Shown: one piece after another, positions 31,211 to 41,202 of the stretch
How positions within the stretch are numbered: the first letter of the stretch is position 1
Layout of the letters: each line of letters opens with the position of its first letter
From: Candidatus Cloacimonadales bacterium
Lineage (GTDB): Bacteria > Cloacimonadota > Cloacimonadia > Cloacimonadales > JAFGVF01
Direction: 5' to 3'
Assembly (NCBI GenBank): GCA_963677495.2
Contig: CAXXOU010000001.1
Coordinates: 352,001-416,000, forward strand
Length of the DNA: 64,000 nucleotides
Notes under the pieces: generated by a model
The model's input: the letters and a program-made list of their open reading frames with translations, nothing else
Database searches by the model: none
What the model was told of the DNA's origin: nothing
Made by a program: the position numbers and the translations under genes

Positions 31211-31286
31211 TGTTTTATTTCGTTATGACATATTTTCTATTTATATTTACTTGTCAAGGATATTCTTGTTTTATTCCTTTATGACA
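31211..31286. promoter_or_regulatory. paired 20-bp operator-like repeats upstream of the RM operon
   Basis: tgttttatttcgttatgaca (31211-31230) and tgttttattcctttatgaca (31267-31286), 18/20 identical, flanking a minus-strand TTGACA at 31252-31257. Confidence 0.6.
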
Positions 31287-31478
31287 AAATTGCTTATCTG
31301 TTATGCAGCTCTGAAACTTTGTATTCATCCATAAGACTAACTATGATCTAATTTGCTAAAAGGTATTCCCAAAGATAACTTCAAAGTAGTGAAACAAGAC
31401 TCAATTTACTTGTTATCGTTCTTCCCTCATTTTCGATATCGCAAACTTGATGTACACTATCCAACAAAACGCAGTCAT

Positions 31479-31573
31479 CCCACTGTTCTCCCACTGTGCA
31501 CGCACTGTGAACCCAGTGAAACAGTGGGTTGGCAGTGCCTTCACAGTGCGTGCACAGTGCAAACACAGTGGGT
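31479..31573. repeat. palindromic 11-bp-period array with CACTG/CAGTG core
   Basis: cccactgttct cccactgtgca cgcactgtgaa, then cagtg units every 11 bp. Confidence 0.8.
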
Positions 31574-31624
31574 TGATGAAAAGTGCAGTTAAAGAGAGGA
31601 AAAAGGGCAATAAATATAGCTAAG

Positions 31625-31785
31625 TTGTTGCAAATGCCACTGCGTATGCATTCAGAATCTGGAGTCATAGCGAGTTTACGAGTTGGACTCATAGCGGAAC
31701 ATGACAAGAATAGATCACTATGAGTCCAACTCCCTTTGGTCGCTATGACTCCAATGATGTAAATTGTTGCAAATGGCACTGTGTA
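31625..31785. repeat. palindromic element (31660-31752) flanked by 22-bp direct repeats
   Basis: tggagtcatagcga...tcgctatgactcca hairpin between ttgttgcaaatgccactgcgta and ttgttgcaaatggcactgtgta. Confidence 0.75.
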
Positions 31786-31969
31786 GATGATCTGAAGCAA
31801 TCACCAGTACGCTTGAAAGGAGCTAGCTTTATAAATTAAAACAACTTCGAGTTCAGGGATTTTAAAAGAAATACTGCTTATTAGGCTGATAATCCGAATA
31901 GAGCAAAGATAGTTCTTTTATACTAAACTATTCTTTACATATTTATCGATATTTGAATCCCGAATTACA

Positions 31970-32251
31970 TTATTTCTTGCTTTTCCTAATCAAAGACAGT
32001 CCGCCAAACCCGGATATGATAGCCATATAAAATCCCAGATCATATAGGATTCCCCGATTATGAGGTTCATAGATTCGTATAGTTGAGCTGAAAAACTCTA
32101 GGATAAGGGCAAATGGTGCAATCCAACCATGCCAGACGCCCAAGAAGAAACCGGCAGGCTTATCGTCTTCCATTTTAGTACCTGCAAAGCATCCTGAAAG
32201 CATTAACAACATAGATGCGAGTAAAAGTAATACAACAATCTTTCTTAACAT
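31970..32251 (-). CDS. conserved hypothetical membrane lipoprotein
   Basis: LSGC lipobox, PAGFFLGVWHGWIAP, YDLGF. Confidence 0.75.
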   Translation of the reverse strand: MLRKIVVLLLLASMLLMLSGCFAGTKMEDDKPAGFFLGVWHGWIAPFALILEFFSSTIRIYEPHNRGILYDLGFYMAIISGFGGLSLIRKSKK

Positions 32252-32380
32252 TATTTTCTCCTTTATTAAATATGAGCAATGCTCTATCTTTTCTTTAAGA
32301 TGACAAGATGCTGAGCAAACATTTTAATAGGTCAAGTGATTTATTGATTTGATTAAGCAAACACTGACCCAAGTCCGATA

Positions 32381-32469
32381 CTTGACCACGCGTTGACCAC
32401 GGGTAAACCGCGGGTTAACCACGGCTCCTGTAGTTTGGGCGTGGTTTACCCGTGGTTGATCCGTGGTTA
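32381..32469. repeat. 89-bp CCACGG 11-bp-period element (copy 2)
   Basis: near-identical to 6678-6766. Confidence 0.88.
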
Positions 32470-32597
32470 AATTTGTGTCATCAGGTAGATATCAGGCAAA
32501 GATAATTGATTCAAAATTCAATGTCACAATAATAAGATTGACATTATTAGTATAGTTTGCCTAAGTAAATGATGTTGGACACATGATAGGAGAGTTA

Positions 32598-33470
32598 ATG
32601 AGTAAACATAAAGGTAGAAATGCGATTATTTGGTTAGTGTTGCTATTAGCATTGGCTTATTATATATTGGATCCGGAGCCTGTGAATCAGGTTATAAAAC
32701 GAGTTTGGAACGATGAGCAGGTGGAGGAACTTAAGGGATTAGCAAATGTTGCTTCCGAGTTTAAGCTTGCTGATGTTAAGCAAAGTGAGTATAAAAAATA
32801 TCTTCTTCCAAAACATGATTCGGAGAAGGAAATAGTTAACCATTTTGCTTATACACTTCAGTACAACGAGAAGCATGAGCAAGCGGATTGGGTTGCATAT
32901 TTACTGACAAAAGAGAAACTGGAAGGCAAGATAAAACGCAAAGATAACTTCCGTGCTGACAAATCAATTACATCAGGTTCTGCAAGTCTCAAAGACTATA
33001 AGCGTTCAGGATTTGACAGAGGACATCTAGCTCCTGCTGCAGATATGAAATGGTCTGAACAAGCAATGAGCGAATCATTTTTCATGAGCAATATGAGTCC
33101 ACAGAAACCACGTTTTAATAGAGGTGTTTGGAAAGATTTGGAAGCACAAGTTCGGGCTTGGGCTAAAAAGGAAAATGAAGTGTTTATTGTTACAGGACCA
33201 ATTCTTACTGATGAAGTCAAACATACGATTGGTGATAATAATGTAACTGTACCTAATCAATACTACAAAATTATCCTTGATATGCAGGAACCTGAGATTA
33301 AAGCCATCGGATTTGTCTTACCTAACAAAAAAGGTGATAAACCTCTTAATGATTATGCGATGAGTGTTGACGAGGTTGAAAAAATAACAGGTATCGACTT
33401 CTTTGAAAAACTACCGGATAAATATGAGAATAAAATTGAAAGTGAATACAATCCGGCATTGTGGTGGTAA
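32598..33470 (+). CDS. DNA/RNA non-specific endonuclease (NucA/EndA family)
   Basis: SGFDRGHLAPAAD, SFFMSNMSPQ, FNRGVWKDLE; N-terminal membrane anchor. Confidence 0.93.
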   Translation: MSKHKGRNAIIWLVLLLALAYYILDPEPVNQVIKRVWNDEQVEELKGLANVASEFKLADVKQSEYKKYLLPKHDSEKEIVNHFAYTLQYNEKHEQADWVAYLLTKEKLEGKIKRKDNFRADKSITSGSASLKDYKRSGFDRGHLAPAADMKWSEQAMSESFFMSNMSPQKPRFNRGVWKDLEAQVRAWAKKENEVFIVTGPILTDEVKHTIGDNNVTVPNQYYKIILDMQEPEIKAIGFVLPNKKGDKPLNDYAMSVDEVEKITGIDFFEKLPDKYENKIESEYNPALWW

Positions 33471-33471
33471 A

Positions 33472-34146
33472 ATGAAAAAAGCAATAATATTAACAAGTGG
33501 TGGTCTTGATAGTCTTGTGACTACAGCAATAGCAAAACAGGAGAATGATGAAATATATCTTCTTCATGTGAACTATGGACAGAAGACAGAGAAAAAAGAA
33601 CTGGAATGCTTTGAAATGATAGAGAAGCATTATAAACCTCAAGGTTCGCTAACGACAAGTATAGACTATTTGACTAAGATAGGTGGTTCAAGTTTAACAG
33701 ATGATAGTATGACTATCAATGATTTCAATGGAAGCGAGACCGTACCTAACACGTATGTTCCCTTTAGAAATGCCCATATGATCTGCATAGCTGTAAGCTG
33801 GGCAGAAGTAATCGGTGCTCAGAGTATTTATATTGGTGCTGTTGAAGAGGATAGCTCAGGTTATCCGGATTGTAGAGAAAGCTTTTATAACAGCTTCAAT
33901 GAAACTATTAAACAGGGCACTAAGAATGAGTTCACTATCGAATTAAAGACTCCAATCATTCATATGAATAAAGCTGAAATCATAGCTAAAGGTCAAGAGC
34001 TAGGAGCACCTTTCGAGATGAGTTGGAGCTGTTATCGCTCTGAAACAGAAGCATGTGGTAGGTGCGACAGTTGTGTTTTGAGACTTAGAGCATTTAAGAA
34101 AGCCGGAATAGAGGACCCGATACCATATAAAACGAGAGAAAAATGA
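33472..34146 (+). CDS. queC: 7-cyano-7-deazaguanine synthase
   Basis: SGGLDS, TYVPFRN, GYPDCR, SWSCY..CGRCDSC; start moved to 33472. Confidence 0.95.
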   Translation: MKKAIILTSGGLDSLVTTAIAKQENDEIYLLHVNYGQKTEKKELECFEMIEKHYKPQGSLTTSIDYLTKIGGSSLTDDSMTINDFNGSETVPNTYVPFRNAHMICIAVSWAEVIGAQSIYIGAVEEDSSGYPDCRESFYNSFNETIKQGTKNEFTIELKTPIIHMNKAEIIAKGQELGAPFEMSWSCYRSETEACGRCDSCVLRLRAFKKAGIEDPIPYKTREK

Positions 34147-35267
34147 AAGACAATATTGTAGATTATTTTATGCAAATGGTTCGTATAGATAGCGAATCAG
34201 GCAATGAAAAGGAATTCGCGACATTTCTGACAGATGAGTTACTCCAACTTGGAGCGAAGCTTGAGATTGATGGGTTCAGTAATGGGGGAACAGAAGGCTC
34301 AGGAAACATTTGCGCATGCATTCCAGGTGATGTAGATATGGAGCCTATACTATTCTGTTGTCATATGGATACTGTAAAACCGGGAGTTGGCATTGAACCT
34401 GTGATAGAGAATGAGTACATTAGAAGTAGTGGAGATACAATTCTGGGTGGTGATGACAAATCAGGGATAGCACAACTACTTTTTGCCCTGAAAAACCTTA
34501 AGGAGAATAATGTCGCACTTCCACCAATAGAAATGCTTTTTACTGCTTGTGAAGAGATTGGATTACTCGGAGCAAAATATTTTGAGAGCTCCGTATTAAA
34601 AGCACGATTTGGATTTGCATTAGACTCAATGAAGATAGGACATATCGTAGTTGCAGCTCCTGCTCAGAATACAATCAAACTTATTTTCAACGGGAAAACT
34701 GCCCATGCAGGATTTGAACCAGAGAAAGGAGTTAGTGCTATAACATTAACTGCTAATGCAGTAAAAGACATGCAACTTGGTAGAATTGATCATGAAACCA
34801 CAGCTAATTTAGGTGTTATTTATGGGGGTAGAGCAAACAACATTATACCTGACTCAGTTTTTGTTACGGGAGAAGTGAGGTCACATTCAGAAGAGAAACT
34901 AGAACAATACACGAGAGAATTATTTTTAAAAGCTAATTCTACGGTGAATGGGACAGCTGAAGCTGGATTAGTAACAGATTCTGTGCGGGAGTATGACTCA
35001 TTTAATCTCAATCCAGAGTTACCTTTCCTACAGCTTGCTTCACAAGCGTTCAAAGAAATAGGTGTTGAGCCATCATTTGTAAAGGCTGGTGGGGGAAGCG
35101 ATGCGAACATACTTAATAAGGACAGTATTCAGGTTGCAGTAATTGGAACAGGAATGGATAAAGTACATACATGTAACGAACAGATATCAATCCGAGATTT
35201 GGAATTGGGTACTGTATGGATAGAAGAGTTTATAAACCTATATATTAGTAATAGAGGTGTAGTATGA
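34143..35267 (+). CDS. M20 family peptidase (peptidase T-like)
   Basis: HMDTV, LGGDDKSG, CEEIGLLG, GGGSDAN, VHT. Confidence 0.9.
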   Translation: MKDNIVDYFMQMVRIDSESGNEKEFATFLTDELLQLGAKLEIDGFSNGGTEGSGNICACIPGDVDMEPILFCCHMDTVKPGVGIEPVIENEYIRSSGDTILGGDDKSGIAQLLFALKNLKENNVALPPIEMLFTACEEIGLLGAKYFESSVLKARFGFALDSMKIGHIVVAAPAQNTIKLIFNGKTAHAGFEPEKGVSAITLTANAVKDMQLGRIDHETTANLGVIYGGRANNIIPDSVFVTGEVRSHSEEKLEQYTRELFLKANSTVNGTAEAGLVTDSVREYDSFNLNPELPFLQLASQAFKEIGVEPSFVKAGGGSDANILNKDSIQVAVIGTGMDKVHTCNEQISIRDLELGTVWIEEFINLYISNRGVV

Positions 35268-36013
35268 TAAAAGTTGCTTTAATTGGATATGGAAAGATGG
35301 GTAAAATGCTAGAGCAGTTAGCTCCAGAATATGGTATGGAGGTTGTTTCAATTATTGATCCATATGTAAAAGGATGTTTTGAAGATATAAATGAGAGATC
35401 TCTAAAGGATTGTGACATCTGCATTGAATACACAACTCCTGCAACTGTTTTATACAATTGCGAAAAAGTCTCAGCTCAAGGTAAACCAATTGTTATTGGC
35501 ACAACAGGGCTTGAACCTCACTTAGAAAAGCTGGACCAAATTGCATCAAATAACAATATAGGGATAATTTACAGTTCAAACTTCAGTGTAGGCATGAACA
35601 TTTTCTTTAAAATAATTGAAAGTGCTGCAAAAAAGTTCTCAAATATTAAAGAGTATGATGCTTCAGGTTTAGAGATACATCACCGTCAAAAACTTGATAG
35701 TCCTTCAGGAACAGCTAAAAAACTTGCTTCAATTCTAGTAGAGAACCTAGACAGTAAAAGAACAATGCAATATGATAGAGTTAATCGAAAGATTAAAGAT
35801 AAAGAGCTTCATTTCGCTAGTATCAGATCAGGTCATAATATGGGGGAGCATAGTGTTATCTTCGATTCAGAAGCTGATGTGGTAAAGCTAACCCATTCAA
35901 TTAGAAGTAGAAAAGGTTTAGCATCAGGAACCTTGGTCGCAGCCAAATGGTTAATTGGAAAAACAGGATTGTTCAATTTCCAAGAAGTGTTTGAAGACAT
36001 AATCGGAGATTAA
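35264..36013 (+). CDS. dapB: 4-hydroxy-tetrahydrodipicolinate reductase
   Basis: GYGKMG, GTTG, SNFSVG, EIHHRQKLDSPSGTA. Confidence 0.95.
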   Translation: MIKVALIGYGKMGKMLEQLAPEYGMEVVSIIDPYVKGCFEDINERSLKDCDICIEYTTPATVLYNCEKVSAQGKPIVIGTTGLEPHLEKLDQIASNNNIGIIYSSNFSVGMNIFFKIIESAAKKFSNIKEYDASGLEIHHRQKLDSPSGTAKKLASILVENLDSKRTMQYDRVNRKIKDKELHFASIRSGHNMGEHSVIFDSEADVVKLTHSIRSRKGLASGTLVAAKWLIGKTGLFNFQEVFEDIIGD

Positions 36014-36793
36014 ATGAGAATACCATTCTTTAAAATGGAAGCCCAAGGTAATGATTATATTTATATCGACCAAGCAAAAGTTGGACTGGAACTTGATGAG
36101 CTTATTGATTTAAGCATTAGAATTTCAGACAGGCATTTTGGTATAGGTAGTGATGGACTTGTTACTTTTGAAGTATCAAAGATCGCAGATGTGAAAATGA
36201 GAATTTTCAATGCAGATGGTAGTGAAGCTGAGATGTGTGGTTCTGCTTTAAGATCACTTGTGAGCTATATTTGTAAAGAACGGGATGTTACCAAACTCAC
36301 TGTTGAGACAAATGCAGGAATAAAAGATGGGTTTATAAATGCGAATGGTTATGTTGAAGTAAATATGGGTAAGGTAAAAGTTGAAGATACTCAAATCAAT
36401 ATTGAGGATTATGCCGGATATTTTGCTGATGTTGGGAACCCACATTTCGTTACATTTGATCAAATTGACTATGCAACCTTTATTAGAATAGCTCCACTAA
36501 TGGAGACATTTCGTCTTGAAGGACGTAGTAGCAGAAATATTGAGTTTGTTAAGATAATAACACCCCAAAACGTAAAGGTTAACGTTTGGGAGCGAGGATC
36601 CGGGATTACCCTTGCATGTGGAACCGGTGCTACTGCAGTCATGGCTGTAGGTAGAAAATTAGGTTTACTAAAAAACGATGTTGAAGTTGGATTGCCCGGT
36701 GGAGTTGTAACTGTAAAATATAAAGAAGATATTGACAACTATTATCTATGTGGCAACGTAAACTACGTATTCGATGGGATATATTATTATTAA
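36014..36793 (+). CDS. dapF: diaminopimelate epimerase
   Basis: GNDY, NADGSEAEMCG, GNPH, ERGSGITLACGTG. Confidence 0.95.
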   Translation: MRIPFFKMEAQGNDYIYIDQAKVGLELDELIDLSIRISDRHFGIGSDGLVTFEVSKIADVKMRIFNADGSEAEMCGSALRSLVSYICKERDVTKLTVETNAGIKDGFINANGYVEVNMGKVKVEDTQINIEDYAGYFADVGNPHFVTFDQIDYATFIRIAPLMETFRLEGRSSRNIEFVKIITPQNVKVNVWERGSGITLACGTGATAVMAVGRKLGLLKNDVEVGLPGGVVTVKYKEDIDNYYLCGNVNYVFDGIYYY

Positions 36794-36810
36794 AAGGTCG
36801 GTTTGAGTAA

Positions 36811-37437
36811 ATGCAGAAAATTGGAACATATTTGAAGCAGAGTAGAGAAGCAAATGATTTAACTATCGAGGATATTCATAACCTAACAAGGATAAGAATT
36901 GATTATATTGAAGATATTGAATCAAACAGATTTAGTATACTTGACAACTATGGGATAGCAAGAGCTGTCGTTTATAATTATGGGAAGGCATTGAAAGCAA
37001 ATGAGAAAGAAGTTCTTTATACTTTTGATAATACATATCCTCATCCTAACCAACATGATTTTAAGCCTCAAGAAGATATAAAAGAGAAAAAGTTCCTTGT
37101 ATCATATAATTTGCTATATATAATCGGCATAAGTATTTTAGTAATTATCATAGCTATTTCATTAGTAAACATGTATCGAAAGGGTAGTTTAGGCTCCCCT
37201 TTTAGAAAGCAGCTTGTAAATCAAGAGGAGCCCTCACAAGTAGAGACTGAAGAAATTCCTATTCCTAAGGAAACACCTGAAAGTAAGAAACGAGAAATAA
37301 TGAAACAGCTAAAAGAGGGGAAAGAAACTGAGTCCGTATCAAAAGAGACCAGTCTAAGTGATGCACTTGCTGATGATAAAGATTATGCCAGTGAATTAAT
37401 TTTTAAAGACGATAAATCAGTTCTGAATACAGATTAG
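36811..37437 (+). CDS. RodZ-like HTH membrane protein
   Basis: IGTYLKQSRE..TRIRIDYIEDIE HTH followed by a single TM segment. Confidence 0.75.
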   Translation: MQKIGTYLKQSREANDLTIEDIHNLTRIRIDYIEDIESNRFSILDNYGIARAVVYNYGKALKANEKEVLYTFDNTYPHPNQHDFKPQEDIKEKKFLVSYNLLYIIGISILVIIIAISLVNMYRKGSLGSPFRKQLVNQEEPSQVETEEIPIPKETPESKKREIMKQLKEGKETESVSKETSLSDALADDKDYASELIFKDDKSVLNTD

Positions 37438-37439
37438 CA

Positions 37440-40400
37440 ATGTCAGCTGAATTCTCCAATTTTCCTGCTTTAATCTACCTTCCTTATAAGAAGAGTTTAG
37501 AGAACACAATTCAAAGACGTGATTATCAAAGGTTATGTGTTGAGACTCTCCTCAGATTCTTATCTATCATATCAATTAGTGACTACTCCTACTTACATAA
37601 AAAGACAATCAATACACAGGAAAAACTCGAGGTTCCTAAAGGTATAGATCTATCTCAAATCTCACTTGGCAGATGGAATATGATAGCAAGAACTATCAGT
37701 AATATTCTTGCAGATAAGAGTTTTGTCCCAGAAATACGCAATTTGTACTCAGAATTAGACTCAGATTGGGAGCAACTCGTAAGTTCATATATCACAGCAA
37801 GAAATCATGATGCTCATAGTGGATTAATTCTTGATGAGACAGAGCTTGAGAAAGAGCTAGACAGAAGGCAGATGATAATCAGAGATATGCTTAATAGATG
37901 TGAATTCTTATGCAGATACAGGATTATCTTTCCTATCGAGACAATCTCAACAGCAGTTGGAGTTTCATATCGCGTAAAGACATTTACAAATGGATCATTA
38001 GTTGTTTCAACTATACAACAATCAGATAGTACACTAGACCTATTCAAGCCCTACCTTTATCAAAAGGAAACAGGCAAGTTTCTCTCTCTCTACCCAATGT
38101 TTATTCATCTTCCTAAAAGTGGGAATGATACAAGAGTTTTTGGTTACACTTATTATAAAACTGTTAACAGAAAGAAAGGTATCCTGCAATATATGAATAA
38201 TCAAGAGATTATTACCATTGCCAGGAATGATAAAAAGAGATATTCTTATCAACACTACTCAGTATCTGAAGATTTTTTCAACCTTAGGATGATTATTGAA
38301 GATGAATCATTGTTACAAGAAGTGACTCCATCGATTCAGATTAAGTATAAACTCAAAGATGACTTTATTACGAAAGAGGACAATACTAATTTAGAGATTA
38401 TTATTAAGAATAATGGTGACACAGTAGCTGAAGATATAAACTTTGAGATCAAGTTACCTATCTACTTTGAGTACCAAAGAGGTAGAACACTTATACTAAA
38501 GGATTCAGGTGATGACTATCACACTCTGGCATTCGAAGATATAGACTTAGAACCAAACAGTTCTTGGAAAACCCAGTTTGAAATTAATCCCACAAGAAGT
38601 GGGCAGTATGAGTTTCCACCTTTAAAACTTAATTACAGCTATACTGATGTCAGGGGTAACAACATCAAACCCGAACTTGATCAGGAAGGTAGTTCTTCAA
38701 ATACAGAATATTCAGATTCCCTATTCTGCACTGTTATTGATCCCACTGATGTATTTAGCATAATACCAGTTGTAAACATGTCAGTATCCATTGATTATGG
38801 ATTAAGTGCAACCGGTGTGAAACTTGACGAAGCTAGAATAGGTGAAGTGGTGAATCTGTCAGTAAACCTACAAAACACCGGCCTTGGTGTAGCTAAAAAT
38901 GTTGATTTTACAGTTTTCCTGCCTGAGGGAGTAGAGTTAAAGAATGGTAGTGAGACTTGGCATGGTAACCTTAACCCTCGTAGTAATGAGGAGATTACGT
39001 TTGAACTTGTTTTGAAAAAAGCCGGTATTCAGTACATAAGGTTTAGAGAGCTTGTTTACTATGATTATAAGGGTAAAGTCTACAGTACTTTCCATGGTGG
39101 ATACAAAGTACTTGTTAGAAACAATCCTATCTATGAGTTTAGGCAACTTCTTCAAACAGCCTGGGGTGACCTTGTCCTTGCTGATGAGGAGAATTTACAA
39201 CTACAATTAACAAAGCTTAAATACAAAGATGTGCCAGCTCTACATGGTCATAACATTGAAGAGATGGAGCGTGATGTAAAAGTTGAAGTAATCAAACATT
39301 TGATTAGGGAAACGGCTGAGCGTATGAAGATTAAGCTTGTTGAAAAAGTATTTAAAGAGGGCTTCGATCTATTTGCTATTTCTGAAATTAGTTGTCCTTT
39401 CGCTATTATACAATATTGGCAGGATGAAGTTAAAATATTCTTGCGTGGAGACTTTTCGCCATCTGAATATACCTTTGAGCGAATCGGTTTAAAACATCAA
39501 TTAAACTCGTTTGATTATGCAAAAATTGATGCCTTTTCTCCTTCAATCAACTCTGATAGGTTTAAGGGGATGGTCGGTAAATCTATCAGATGGATGCTAA
39601 GATATCAATATCCATTATATCTTTGTAAGCAGGTTACAGATAAAGTCATTGGTCTATATTCTGCAAATACAACAATTGATATTGAGGGAAACCTTGCAAT
39701 ATATAGAATTCATGGAGATTTGCCTTATAATTACAGTTATCCTTTTAAAAAAGCGTACTTCTGCTTAAATAAAAGAAAAGAACTTTGCATATTTGTCAGC
39801 ACCTCAGGCTTTTCGAAACTAACCAAAGATCTATTAGCAATAGATGATTATAGCTTTTATAGGTTTATTGATAAATATGTTGAGTTCCCATTTAAAAAAA
39901 GCGATAAGGAGAATGGGAAGTATTTACTTCTTCAAGCCAGAAAAGCTGTAACCATAGAAGAGGTAGAAGAATGTGTTATCACACTTCAACAGTTTGTACT
40001 AGATCTATTACAAATAAAAAGTCTTAGTCTTCGTCACCATATTTCATCCTTTACAGAACCACAAAAGCATAGTCTTAGGCACTTTGTCATGACTTATGAC
40101 AAGCTGTATAAAGAGCTAAGTGAAAGAGTTGTTTTCAGAGGTTGGTTCTTGCAATATAATAGAGATGAGAATCGAACACATGTCGACTTTTACACAATAA
40201 AGGCATTTCCTCTGTTTAAATCTGTTCAAAAGACTATAAGAATCACGGTCTCCCCTAAAAGATTATACATTCATTTCAGGGGATTAAGTGATAATGTCTT
40301 GAAAAAAAAGGGAATTAAAACTTCCTTAAGTAAAACAGCTCCATATCACTACAAGATGATACTATCAGCTAAAGTGCAAGAGATGCTTCCTGAAATTATA

Positions 40401-41186
40401 TTAAACAATCTTTTGATTAGTAGTATGAATATACAACCATTATCTGAACACTTATTGAAAATGATACTTGAAGAATCACGAATCTCGAGTTTCGATGTAT
40501 TTTTACAAACAATGTTGTTGATGCATAGAAAAGAAGATGAGATGACTTTTAGTAACATTAATTCGATATTGGAAGAACATGGTATATTCAGAACACCTCA
40601 AAAATTTATTAGTGTTAGCAACAGATACTTTTCTAGCTATCTCGTAGAGTCTCCTTTAAAATATAGTTATTCAGAAAGAACACTATCATTGAAAGAGGAC
40701 TATATACCGATGATAGAACATGTACTGAATAATTATCAACGTAAATTACCTTTAGGATTTGATGAATTTCACAAATTCAAAAGATTTATTCAAGCGCATT
40801 CAAAGAGAGAACTAAAGCTACAATACTTAGATAACCCTACTATTGCTAAGCTACACTTAAATACTGAACGTTTAAAGCCCTCCAGAAAACAACTACTTGA
40901 GATTGGTTTAATCAATGAATATGTAAAGATTGAATTCACATTAAATATCGACTACCCGTTCTCAAGAGATCTGCTTAGTAAGTATAATAGTTTGAAAAAT
41001 CAGCAGCGATTTAAAAATGTTTACTTTAAGAAAACATCCCGCAATATGAAGTTAGGTATTCAAGTTCCATACAAAAATGTGGAAAATCTAATCAGTAAAA
41101 ATTGGCAGAAAGGTTTCCAACAGATCTATAACCGATTGATTGATGCTATTGTCCCTGCTGAGAAAGAACTACTTCACTTAGATTAA
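37440..41186 (+). CDS. large multidomain hypothetical protein (HEPN-like N-terminus, two Ig-like domains, TerB-like helices)
   Basis: RNHDAH; IKNNGDTVAEDINFEIKLP and LQNTGLGVAKNVDFTVFLPEG; AWGDLVLADEE; no signal peptide. Confidence 0.6.
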   Translation: MSAEFSNFPALIYLPYKKSLENTIQRRDYQRLCVETLLRFLSIISISDYSYLHKKTINTQEKLEVPKGIDLSQISLGRWNMIARTISNILADKSFVPEIRNLYSELDSDWEQLVSSYITARNHDAHSGLILDETELEKELDRRQMIIRDMLNRCEFLCRYRIIFPIETISTAVGVSYRVKTFTNGSLVVSTIQQSDSTLDLFKPYLYQKETGKFLSLYPMFIHLPKSGNDTRVFGYTYYKTVNRKKGILQYMNNQEIITIARNDKKRYSYQHYSVSEDFFNLRMIIEDESLLQEVTPSIQIKYKLKDDFITKEDNTNLEIIIKNNGDTVAEDINFEIKLPIYFEYQRGRTLILKDSGDDYHTLAFEDIDLEPNSSWKTQFEINPTRSGQYEFPPLKLNYSYTDVRGNNIKPELDQEGSSSNTEYSDSLFCTVIDPTDVFSIIPVVNMSVSIDYGLSATGVKLDEARIGEVVNLSVNLQNTGLGVAKNVDFTVFLPEGVELKNGSETWHGNLNPRSNEEITFELVLKKAGIQYIRFRELVYYDYKGKVYSTFHGGYKVLVRNNPIYEFRQLLQTAWGDLVLADEENLQLQLTKLKYKDVPALHGHNIEEMERDVKVEVIKHLIRETAERMKIKLVEKVFKEGFDLFAISEISCPFAIIQYWQDEVKIFLRGDFSPSEYTFERIGLKHQLNSFDYAKIDAFSPSINSDRFKGMVGKSIRWMLRYQYPLYLCKQVTDKVIGLYSANTTIDIEGNLAIYRIHGDLPYNYSYPFKKAYFCLNKRKELCIFVSTSGFSKLTKDLLAIDDYSFYRFIDKYVEFPFKKSDKENGKYLLLQARKAVTIEEVEECVITLQQFVLDLLQIKSLSLRHHISSFTEPQKHSLRHFVMTYDKLYKELSERVVFRGWFLQYNRDENRTHVDFYTIKAFPLFKSVQKTIRITVSPKRLYIHFRGLSDNVLKKKGIKTSLSKTAPYHYKMILSAKVQEMLPEIILNNLLISSMNIQPLSEHLLKMILEESRISSFDVFLQTMLLMHRKEDEMTFSNINSILEEHGIFRTPQKFISVSNRYFSSYLVESPLKYSYSERTLSLKEDYIPMIEHVLNNYQRKLPLGFDEFHKFKRFIQAHSKRELKLQYLDNPTIAKLHLNTERLKPSRKQLLEIGLINEYVKIEFTLNIDYPFSRDLLSKYNSLKNQQRFKNVYFKKTSRNMKLGIQVPYKNVENLISKNWQKGFQQIYNRLIDAIVPAEKELLHLD

Positions 41187-41202
41187 TATTTCCTTGATAC
41201 TC

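Noticed and set aside
31625..31785. Minimal CRISPR (two 22-bp repeats)
   Set aside because: The intervening 117 bp is far too long for a spacer and is itself a dispersed palindrome
31353..31800. Cys/His-rich ORFs (31353+, 31381-, 31413-) resembling heme- or zinc-binding proteins
   Set aside because: The LCTHCE-like motifs come from the palindromic 11-bp array on both strands, and no convincing RBS was seen
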